This document shows, piece by piece, positions 56,248 to 64,000 of a stretch of 64,000 nt of DNA. The stretch covers positions 21 to 64,020 of the forward strand of contig JACPFF010000005.1 of NCBI GenBank assembly GCA_016183065.1, written 5' to 3'. Positions within the stretch are counted from its first letter, which is position 1; each line of letters begins with the position of its first letter. Under the pieces are notes generated by a model. The model saw nothing but the letters and a program-made list of their open reading frames with translations, searched no databases and was not told the origin of the DNA. A program made the translations under genes and the position numbers. The stretch comes from Deltaproteobacteria bacterium. GTDB taxonomy: Bacteria > UBA10199 > GCA-002796325 > JACPFF01.

Positions 56248-59200
56248 TCCTCTCCGATCTCTCGATCAAGAAACCGGTCTTTGCCTGGATGCTGATGGCA
56301 GCGCTCATTCTCTTCGGCGCCATCGGGTTTTTACGAATGGGTATCTCGCAGATGCCCGATATCGATATGCCCGTGGTCAGCATCCATCTCAACTGGGAGG
56401 GAGCTGCGCCTGAAGTCATGGAGACCGAGGTGGTCGACCCGCTCGAAGAAGCGTTGATGAGCGTCAGCGAGATCGAGGAGATCTATTCCACCGCCCACTT
56501 CGGGAGCGCCAACATCACGGCAGAATTTGCCCTCAGTAAAGATATCGATGTGGCCGTGCAGGAGATCCAGACGAAAATCGCGCAGGTGCAGCGGCTCCTC
56601 CCGCCGGAACTGGACCCGCCGATTATCGCAAAATCCAATCCCGAGGATCAACCGATCATCTGGATCGGCCTCTCAGGGGATGCATCGCCGCGGGAGTTGG
56701 TGGAATATCTCCGCAATCATGTGAAAGACCGTTTTCAGACCATTCCGGGCGTCGGGGAACTGATGCTCGGCGGGTTTGCCGAACCGAACCTGCGCGTCTG
56801 GCTCGATACGGCTCGGATGGCGGCACTGGCACTGACCGTCGAGGATGTCACGGAGGCGATTGAAAACCAGCACGTGGAACTCCCCGCGGGCCGTCTGCAA
56901 ACGGATGAGCAGGAACAGAACATCCGGATCATCGGCGAAGCCCTCTCGGCAGAGGAACTTTCCGATATCACGATTCCACAGCGCGTCCGCGGCGGATTTG
57001 TCTGGCGGCCGATCCGCCTGGGCGACATTGCCCGGATCGAGGATGGCCTGGAAGATGTGCGGCGGATTTCGCGTGTCAATGGCAAGCCCTCGATCGGCAT
57101 GGGGATCAAGAAACAGCGGGGCGCCAACGCCGTTGACGTGGGGCGGCGCGTAAAGGAGCGGATGGCGGAGGTCGCGAAAGACCTTCCCCAGGGGATGCGG
57201 CTGACGTTGAATTTTGACGGCACGGTGAATACGGAGGAAAATGTGGCCGAACTCAACGCGACCCTCATCCTGGCGATTGCGCTCACCTCGGTGGTCTGCT
57301 GGTTTTTTCTGGGGTCGATCAGCTCGACCGTCAATGTGGTCCTCGCCATCCCCACGGCAATTGGCGGGGCCTTCATGGTGATGTATTTCGCCGGATTTAC
57401 GCTCAACATCGTCACGCTCATGGCCCTCTCGCTCGTCATCGGCATTGTCGTGGATGATGCGATTGTCGTCCTGGAGAACATCGTCCGGCATCGTGAAATG
57501 GGGAAATCGAGGATTCGCGCGGCCTTGGAAGGAACGCGCGAAATCACCTTTTCGGTCGTCGTCATGTCGGCGGCCATCATCGCCATTTTTCTCCCGGTCG
57601 CCTTCATGAAGGGGATGATCGGCAATTTTTTCTTCCAATTCGGGGTGGTCATCTCCATCGCCGTGGCTTTCTCGCTTCTCGAGGCGATCACGTTGACCCC
57701 CATGCGCTGCAGTCAATTTCTCCGCACGGGCCATACGACTGCTGTGGGTGGCATAGCGGAACGGCTCTTTGCGCGTGTCAGCGCCCTGTATCGTCGGAGC
57801 CTTGCGTGGTCGCTCCACCATCGATGGCTGGTCCTCCTCTCCGCGACCCTCCTCTTTTGCGGGTCCCTGCTGATGGTCGGAGGGCTGCGCAAGGAAATGG
57901 CGCCCTCGTATGACATCAGCCGGTATATGATCAATCTCCAGACGGCACCGGGCTCCTCACTCCCCTTCACGGACCAGGTCTTTCGCAGGGCCGAGGCCAT
58001 CATCATGGCCCGCCCCGAGATCGACGTCTACTTCGGCGCCATTGGGGGCTTTGGCGGCGGTGACACCAACAGTGGCGTGATGTTCGTCACCATGAAGCCC
58101 CCGAGGAAGCGTCCCGTCGATCCGGCCACGGGACATCGTCTGACCATGCGCGAGAGCATGGAACTGATCCGGAAGGAGTTCAATGCCATTCCCGGGGTCA
58201 TGCGGGCCACGGTGCGCGATCTCACGCAGAATCAGATCGGGCAAACAGGCGCCGGTGCGCAATTTCCCGTCAGCCTCTCGTTGCGCGGACCCGATTGGGA
58301 CCGGCTGGGCACACTCGCCGAGACCTTCATGCAGCGACTGAACGCGACCGGCCTCGTCACCGATGTCGATACCGATTACAAATTGGGCGTACCGGAAATC
58401 CGGGTCCTTCCGAATCGCGAGGCCGCCACACGGCATGGCGTCTCCGTGGCGGCGATTGCCCGGACCATCCGCAGTGCCATTGGCGGTGAACGGGTGGCGA
58501 AATATTCCAAGGGGGCGCGGCGCTACGATGTCCGCGTAAGCCTTCCGGACGATGAACGCCAATATCCGAGCGACATCGTCAGGCTCCTGGTCCGCAACGA
58601 GCGCGGGGAGATCGTGCGACTTGGCGACGTTGTCACGATCACCCCGCGGCCATCGCTCCTGACGATTCAGCGTCAGAATCGTGAGCGGGCCGTGCAGATT
58701 TTTGCCAATGTCGCACAGGGCCAGTCCCAGAGCGAGGCCCTGGCTGCCGCAGAACAACTGGCGACGGCCCTGCTCCCCGAGGGATACCGCCTCGTCGTCT
58801 CCGGAAGCGCCCAGGTCTTTCGCGATTCGTTTCGTGAATTGCTCTTTGCCTTTGGACTCGGGGTCCTGATTGCCTACATGATTCTGGCCGCACAGTACGA
58901 CAGCTTTATCCACCCGGTGACGGTCCTACTCGCCCTCCCCTTTAGCGTGTCCGGCGCCATTGTTGCGCTCTGGCTCCGCGACCAGTCCCTCAATATGCTT
59001 TCCATGATCGGGATCCTCCTCCTCATGGGGATCGTGAAAAAAAACTCGATCCTCCTGGTCGATTTTGCCAACATCCGGCGGCGCGCGGGCCTTGACGTAC
59101 ACGCCGCGCTCCTGGAGGCCGCGCCCCTGCGGTTACGGCCCATTTTCATGACCTCGCTCGCTATCATTGCCGGCGCACTGCCGGCAGCGCTTCATTTGGG

Positions 59201-59387
59201 GCCAGGGGCCGAGCAGCGGTCATCGATGGCCACCGTCACGATCGGCGGCGTGTTGATTTCGACGTTCTTTACGTTGTATGTGGTCCCCTGCGCGTACAGC
59301 GTGCTGTCGCGCCTCGAATCCCCGCGGAAATGGCGCCGCATTGAAGAGGTAACCGCGGTCCTCGGAACTGATGCAACGGCTCGTTAA
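56244..59387 (+). CDS. RND efflux permease (AcrB family)
   Basis: GIVVDDAIVVLENI, KKNSILLVDF, RLRPIFMT. Confidence 0.96.
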   Translation: MILSDLSIKKPVFAWMLMAALILFGAIGFLRMGISQMPDIDMPVVSIHLNWEGAAPEVMETEVVDPLEEALMSVSEIEEIYSTAHFGSANITAEFALSKDIDVAVQEIQTKIAQVQRLLPPELDPPIIAKSNPEDQPIIWIGLSGDASPRELVEYLRNHVKDRFQTIPGVGELMLGGFAEPNLRVWLDTARMAALALTVEDVTEAIENQHVELPAGRLQTDEQEQNIRIIGEALSAEELSDITIPQRVRGGFVWRPIRLGDIARIEDGLEDVRRISRVNGKPSIGMGIKKQRGANAVDVGRRVKERMAEVAKDLPQGMRLTLNFDGTVNTEENVAELNATLILAIALTSVVCWFFLGSISSTVNVVLAIPTAIGGAFMVMYFAGFTLNIVTLMALSLVIGIVVDDAIVVLENIVRHREMGKSRIRAALEGTREITFSVVVMSAAIIAIFLPVAFMKGMIGNFFFQFGVVISIAVAFSLLEAITLTPMRCSQFLRTGHTTAVGGIAERLFARVSALYRRSLAWSLHHRWLVLLSATLLFCGSLLMVGGLRKEMAPSYDISRYMINLQTAPGSSLPFTDQVFRRAEAIIMARPEIDVYFGAIGGFGGGDTNSGVMFVTMKPPRKRPVDPATGHRLTMRESMELIRKEFNAIPGVMRATVRDLTQNQIGQTGAGAQFPVSLSLRGPDWDRLGTLAETFMQRLNATGLVTDVDTDYKLGVPEIRVLPNREAATRHGVSVAAIARTIRSAIGGERVAKYSKGARRYDVRVSLPDDERQYPSDIVRLLVRNERGEIVRLGDVVTITPRPSLLTIQRQNRERAVQIFANVAQGQSQSEALAAAEQLATALLPEGYRLVVSGSAQVFRDSFRELLFAFGLGVLIAYMILAAQYDSFIHPVTVLLALPFSVSGAIVALWLRDQSLNMLSMIGILLLMGIVKKNSILLVDFANIRRRAGLDVHAALLEAAPLRLRPIFMTSLAIIAGALPAALHLGPGAEQRSSMATVTIGGVLISTFFTLYVVPCAYSVLSRLESPRKWRRIEEVTAVLGTDATAR

Positions 59388-59391
59388 CGGT

Positions 59392-61776
59392 TCACGAGCA
59401 CGGCGGCAACCGTTCCGGGACCTTCCAGGCAAGGATTCCATCCGCCTCGGCACATTGTGCATCTGCCGCGAGCGCGTGCGCGGTCTCACCGGAGGCGACG
59501 TAGACTTTTTTTACGCCAGCCGCTTTGAGATGACGGATCACCTGATCGACCCGCCACACGCTATCGGGAATATGTTTATCGACAAAGGCAAAATCGTACA
59601 CCACATAATCGGGGCCTGCGGCCTCGCATTCCTCCATCGAGGCAAACGTCGTCAGTCGGGCAATGTCCAGCCTCTGCTGCTGCAGCTCCCATGCCAGCCT
59701 GATCCCTTCATCATCATCGATCACGAGCACCGCGGGTTGCGTGATCGATCTCTCGTGGCACACGCGCGGCACCACCTTCAGCGGCACAAAGCCCGCCAAG
59801 CCCTTGGGGATCAGGCGCACCCCCATGGCCGCACATCGTGCCCGAAGCGAGCCCTCTTCATAGTGGCTGGTCACCAGCACGGCCTGCGACTCCGCCCCCA
59901 GCTGTCCGATCAAGTCGAGGCCATTGCAGGACTCGCCGAGCAGTTCATAATCGCAGAGGAAGAGGACATGCGGTTCAGGGCCATACCACTCGCGAACGGC
60001 TGCACCCGAGGAAAAGTGCCGCAGGACAATGCCGTGCTTCGCGCAATCGATCGTGTCAAACCGCTCCTGCCACACCTGGTGGATCGAGGTGTCGTCATCG
60101 ACGATGATCACTAGACTCCCTTCCGGAATCACCAGCTCCGGCACAAACCACGCCGGCGCCGGCGCACGCGGCAATGACACGATCGCCGTCGTCCCCGTTC
60201 CCACGGTGGAGTTCAGCGTCAGCGAGCCCCCCCACGATTCCACAATGCTCCGCGCGTGACAGAGGCCGAGCCCTGAACCATCGGGCTTGCCAAAGGTCGT
60301 TCCCCGTTGCATCAACTGCGTGAGGACCTCGGGCGGAATGCCCGTCCCGGTATCGCGCACATCGATGTGGACGACCTCCGCCGTATGCCGCAGCTCCACG
60401 AGTACCGTGCCATGGGAGTCCATGGCCTCGATGGCGTTGTTCACGAGATTCGAGAGGACGCGCTTGAACTCTGCCGGCTGCACCGCGGCAAAGATCCCAT
60501 AGGCATCCGCGTGCAAAGTCGACAGGATTTCGATCCCCAGGTGGGCCCGGCACTGGATCCGCTTCTCGGAGACCAGCGGTTCGATCAGGCTCGACAACAA
60601 TTGCACCGAGACGGCACCGGACTCTGCCGTCGCTTGTCGTTCCCCGTGCGACGACCGTTTCCGTTCTGCCAGGTCGTTCGCGATATCCTCGATCCGCTGC
60701 ACCGCATTCCGGATCATGATCCGCTTCTCCTCGGGCAATTCCTCCAGCTGGCCTGACACGACCCGCAAGGCCGTCAACGGCGACCGGATGTCGTGTGCCA
60801 CCTGGGAGGCGATGTGACCGACGGCTGCCTGCACAGCCAACAGGTTCTTTTCCGTTTCGAGTTGTAAAATGGTCGTTCTTGACTGATCTACAGCGTCTGC
60901 CAACTGTCCAAATTCATCATTCCGTAATTTCAGATTATGCAGCAAATGTTCATACTGTTGTGCCATGTGCGGTCCATTATGACGAATCAGTTCCACTAAC
61001 TGACCCACTGGTTTTTGTAACCTTTTTGCCCCCACCCAGGCAAGAAAGATGGCCGCCCCAAGGCTCCCGACGAACACAAAGACTATGAGTCTTATCAATC
61101 CACTTGGCCGTACTGCCAACACACTCCACACATCATAATTGGTACAGAACTGAATCGGATATTCATGGGGATAATAGGTGAGTGTCTGTGCTGAGCAATA
61201 CGATTTCTTTTCGCCTTTTTGTAAGCTCTCCGACGTCTGCAGAGACAGTTTCAACGATTCCTTCTGAATCCTCTTGATATCCACAATGCCGGAAATGTAC
61301 CCGATGATCGTGCCGGAATCATTAATGACTTGTTCGTGCAGCACAATACGCTCGCTCGCATCATCGATGAACATGTCAGGCACATGAATCGGACGCTCTT
61401 CCTCAGACAACATATCAGACGGAACATCTCTCGTTGCTCCAATCATCGCAAGGTTTCGGTCACGCAGAATAATGCCGGACATACTTCTTTCATGATATTT
61501 CAGTACATCATAATCTAATTGAATGTTGTCTATCGATTTTTTTTCAATCGCTGTCACAGGGGACAGCGAGTTCGCAAACAACGAAAACGTCGTAATCATT
61601 TCTGACAAATTGCGAGAAAGTTTTTCTGCATGCTGATCAACACGCTGTCGATGTGTCTCTATGATTTGTTCGGACATTGTGTCGATCTTTGCCTTGCTGA
61701 CGAAAAATACTAGCGAGGCCATTGGCACAAGGAGAACAAGAAAAATGACTACAAAAAACCGTTTAAATGTCTTCAT
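59392..61776 (-). CDS. Hybrid sensor histidine kinase (periplasmic sensor, HAMP, HisKA, HATPase, two receiver-like domains)
   Basis: VAHDIRSPL, NL..NA, DTGTGI, GSGLGL, IVDDD and VIDDD. Confidence 0.9.
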   Translation of the reverse strand: MKTFKRFFVVIFLVLLVPMASLVFFVSKAKIDTMSEQIIETHRQRVDQHAEKLSRNLSEMITTFSLFANSLSPVTAIEKKSIDNIQLDYDVLKYHERSMSGIILRDRNLAMIGATRDVPSDMLSEEERPIHVPDMFIDDASERIVLHEQVINDSGTIIGYISGIVDIKRIQKESLKLSLQTSESLQKGEKKSYCSAQTLTYYPHEYPIQFCTNYDVWSVLAVRPSGLIRLIVFVFVGSLGAAIFLAWVGAKRLQKPVGQLVELIRHNGPHMAQQYEHLLHNLKLRNDEFGQLADAVDQSRTTILQLETEKNLLAVQAAVGHIASQVAHDIRSPLTALRVVSGQLEELPEEKRIMIRNAVQRIEDIANDLAERKRSSHGERQATAESGAVSVQLLSSLIEPLVSEKRIQCRAHLGIEILSTLHADAYGIFAAVQPAEFKRVLSNLVNNAIEAMDSHGTVLVELRHTAEVVHIDVRDTGTGIPPEVLTQLMQRGTTFGKPDGSGLGLCHARSIVESWGGSLTLNSTVGTGTTAIVSLPRAPAPAWFVPELVIPEGSLVIIVDDDTSIHQVWQERFDTIDCAKHGIVLRHFSSGAAVREWYGPEPHVLFLCDYELLGESCNGLDLIGQLGAESQAVLVTSHYEEGSLRARCAAMGVRLIPKGLAGFVPLKVVPRVCHERSITQPAVLVIDDDEGIRLAWELQQQRLDIARLTTFASMEECEAAGPDYVVYDFAFVDKHIPDSVWRVDQVIRHLKAAGVKKVYVASGETAHALAADAQCAEADGILAWKVPERLPPCS

Positions 61777-61782
61777 AGATGC

Positions 61783-62994
61783 CTATTCCGAAAAATACCG
61801 GCTAAAGACTGGTCTCACAGAGGCCAACTCCCGCGGCCAAACGGTTCTTTGTTTTCCATGTTGAATCTGCGTAATAATTGGCATGGCTGCGTTGTTGCCC
61901 TTGGCATCGAATATGACCCGACCCATCGGCAAAATAGTGGCAGGACCACCATGCACATGCAATGTAGCCAATGCTGTACGAAGCGTTTCGCCATCAGTCG
62001 ATGCGCATTTTTCAATGGCCTCTTTCAGAATCCATATTCCAACATAGCTGACCGCGGCGATGCCATTCATATCTTCACCAAACCGTCTTCGGAACCGCTC
62101 ATTCAACCGTTGCGTTCCTGCACGCTGCATATCTCCACTCCATTCATTCACGACCATCCAGTTTTGCGCATCACGTCCCAGGCTATTCGCGAATTCGGGA
62201 TCTTTCGATCCGGCGCCTGTACCAATAATCGCCTTTGGCCGCACACCCACTTTCTTGAACGACCGCGCAAGTTTCACGGAATCATGCAGATATGAACTAT
62301 GCAGAATCACATCTGGCATCACCCGGCGGATTTGTTTGGCAATGTGCATCGCTGTGAGAGAGAGATTCTTGAGCTGGTACGGATATGCTATATCACCGAC
62401 ATTCGTATATCCTTTGGCTTTGGCGACGTCGCGCTGAACCTTCGCAGTTGACTGTCCCCACAACGTATTTTCATACAGCAGGACGATCCGTGTCGAATGG
62501 TCAAATCCGCTCTCCCTCAAGAATTGAAATTGTGCCAATACAAACTGCGATTGAGAAGGCTCCGTCCGAAATGTGTATTTGTGCCCGCGCTCCGTCAATA
62601 TGTCCGCAAGTGCCGTAGAAATAAGAAATGGCACATGATATTGTTCCGCAATTTCTGTGGCGGTAAATGTGGTTACACTTTGATAGGCTCCGACTAGCGC
62701 AACGACCCCCTCCTCGATGAGTCGAATGGTCTCATTGCGTGCACGTGCCGGATCGCCTCGTGTGTCGGCGATGAGTAGTCGTATTGCTGCACTATTCAAC
62801 GACTGAATTCCACCAAAATCATTGATCTCTTCCGCCGCGAATTGGTGTCCGCGCAAGTTCATCGTTCCCTCATCTTGCAAAGGTCCCGACAATGGCAAGA
62901 GCACGCCAATCGACACCGGATCCTGTGCGAAAACATGACACGCAACACTCATCGTACAAAATACCATCGCGATGGTCGGCAACAGACGGCACAT
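61783..62994 (-). CDS. Branched-chain amino acid-type periplasmic binding protein
   Basis: IGVLLPLSG, EIN..GGI, GAYQS, YENT.WG. Confidence 0.92.
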   Translation of the reverse strand: MCRLLPTIAMVFCTMSVACHVFAQDPVSIGVLLPLSGPLQDEGTMNLRGHQFAAEEINDFGGIQSLNSAAIRLLIADTRGDPARARNETIRLIEEGVVALVGAYQSVTTFTATEIAEQYHVPFLISTALADILTERGHKYTFRTEPSQSQFVLAQFQFLRESGFDHSTRIVLLYENTLWGQSTAKVQRDVAKAKGYTNVGDIAYPYQLKNLSLTAMHIAKQIRRVMPDVILHSSYLHDSVKLARSFKKVGVRPKAIIGTGAGSKDPEFANSLGRDAQNWMVVNEWSGDMQRAGTQRLNERFRRRFGEDMNGIAAVSYVGIWILKEAIEKCASTDGETLRTALATLHVHGGPATILPMGRVIFDAKGNNAAMPIITQIQHGKQRTVWPRELASVRPVFSRYFSE

Positions 62995-62998
62995 ATGG

Positions 62999-63874
62999 CT
63001 ATCGCTTTCTCAACACCGTACCAATAAATGTCCACCCGAGTGATCCGTCCTCGTTGATGATCAATGCCGCTTCGCCACGTTTATGTTGCCGGAGCAAATG
63101 CGGCTTGAGATGGGGATCTTCTGTGTAAATGCCCCGATCGATATCGTTTGCCTGCACATGGACCACATCGAACCCTTGTTCAATGAGCGCAATGACTCGC
63201 TCTGGATGGCTCAATGAACACCATTCCAGGGCAAGATACGTCCCGATTGGCATCGGGTGTTGAAGGATATGCGCAAGATATTTTGTGCCATCTTCACCCC
63301 CATCGACAGGAGCATAACGGGGATCCGTCGTCCCGGATGGAACGGGAAGATATGGGGGATTTGCCACTACCCCGGTATATCTCTCAAGGCTCTGCGTTGA
63401 GAGCCATGCGATCATCTCTGCATGGATGAATTCATATCGATCACTCAACCCAGAGGCCTCGACGTTCGACCGGCTGACACCCAAGGCCGCTTCATCGGTA
63501 TCGATGGCCTGAACGCGCACGTGGCATCCCTCCGTGCACAAGAGGGCATAAATGGTGGGGATACTACTCCCCGCACCGAGATCAATGATCGTGCGAATCG
63601 GGGGCTCCCCTTGACGCAACATGGCGTGGACAAGACGGGAAAACTGCCATGTATCATGCAACGCGGAAAATGGTGTTACGCGGGGCTCGAGATGGGGTTG
63701 TGGCAACAGATCGCGCGCTGTTATGGAACCGGAAACAATACGTCCCCGCTCGACCTGATATTGCGAAAAAAAATCTGTGACGGCCGTTCCGGCAGCCCTT
63801 TTCGCTCGGCATGCAGACTCACTGGCCCGTGTATATGGCGGTGGTTTTTTCCCAGAGATTGCTCTCATCTCCAT
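62999..63874 (-). CDS. Class I SAM methyltransferase (NPPY type)
   Basis: IDLGAG, ANPPYLP, DGGEDG. Confidence 0.85.
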   Translation of the reverse strand: MEMRAISGKKPPPYTRASESACRAKRAAGTAVTDFFSQYQVERGRIVSGSITARDLLPQPHLEPRVTPFSALHDTWQFSRLVHAMLRQGEPPIRTIIDLGAGSSIPTIYALLCTEGCHVRVQAIDTDEAALGVSRSNVEASGLSDRYEFIHAEMIAWLSTQSLERYTGVVANPPYLPVPSGTTDPRYAPVDGGEDGTKYLAHILQHPMPIGTYLALEWCSLSHPERVIALIEQGFDVVHVQANDIDRGIYTEDPHLKPHLLRQHKRGEAALIINEDGSLGWTFIGTVLRKR

Positions 63875-63886
63875 AGTCTTCCCCTT

Positions 63887-64000
63887 TCAGCACCGTTGCA
63901 GGATGGTCCCGAGAAACATATAGGCGTGTTCTCCGGCCTTATTGGTCGAAAAAACCGCGCGCCCCTCCCGTCGCTGTTGTTCCAGATGTGCCCGAATAGG
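63887..64000 (-). CDS. C-terminus of a paralogous methyltransferase (partial)
   Basis: Manual translation PIRAHLEQQRREGRAVFSTNKAGEHAYMFLGTILQRC* aligns without gaps to HLKPHLLRQHKRGEAALIINEDGSLGWTFIGTVLRKR*. Confidence 0.75.
   Translation of the reverse strand, partial: PIRAHLEQQRREGRAVFSTNKAGEHAYMFLGTILQRC

Overview
GC-rich bacterial chromosomal window. Gene content (TIGR02147 protein, Myxococcus-type Cys-rich repeats, futalosine mqnC/mqnD, PilZ) suggests a deltaproteobacterium-like lineage; this is inference. Housekeeping genes (crcB, tatAC, nupC, tRNA-Val, mqnCD, cspA, typA, hppA, RND/TolC) are interleaved with four kinds of accessory material. (1) A decaying, lower-GC island at 1-4.7 kb: IS200 tnpA end, Fic, Mrr, rolling-circle-type Rep, SpoVG-like gene. 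(2) About six small toxin-antitoxin-like cassettes, several on leaderless sigma70 promoters. (3) A family of GC-rich structured intergenic repeats. (4) Most notably, eight transcription units of orphan, effector-like genes (kinase, Cys protease, zincin, STAND-like ATPase, ICMT-like and TrmB-like folds). Each is preceded by the same bipartite motif GCAAC(T/C)-N13-(G/A/C)CCGATA, which has the spacing of a sigma28 promoter but a changed -35. The right end holds two tandem paralogous NPPY methyltransferases, a periplasmic binding protein and a hybrid histidine kinase: a candidate signal synthase-receptor operon. No CRISPR array or rRNA was seen. All family calls come from motif recognition, not database searches.
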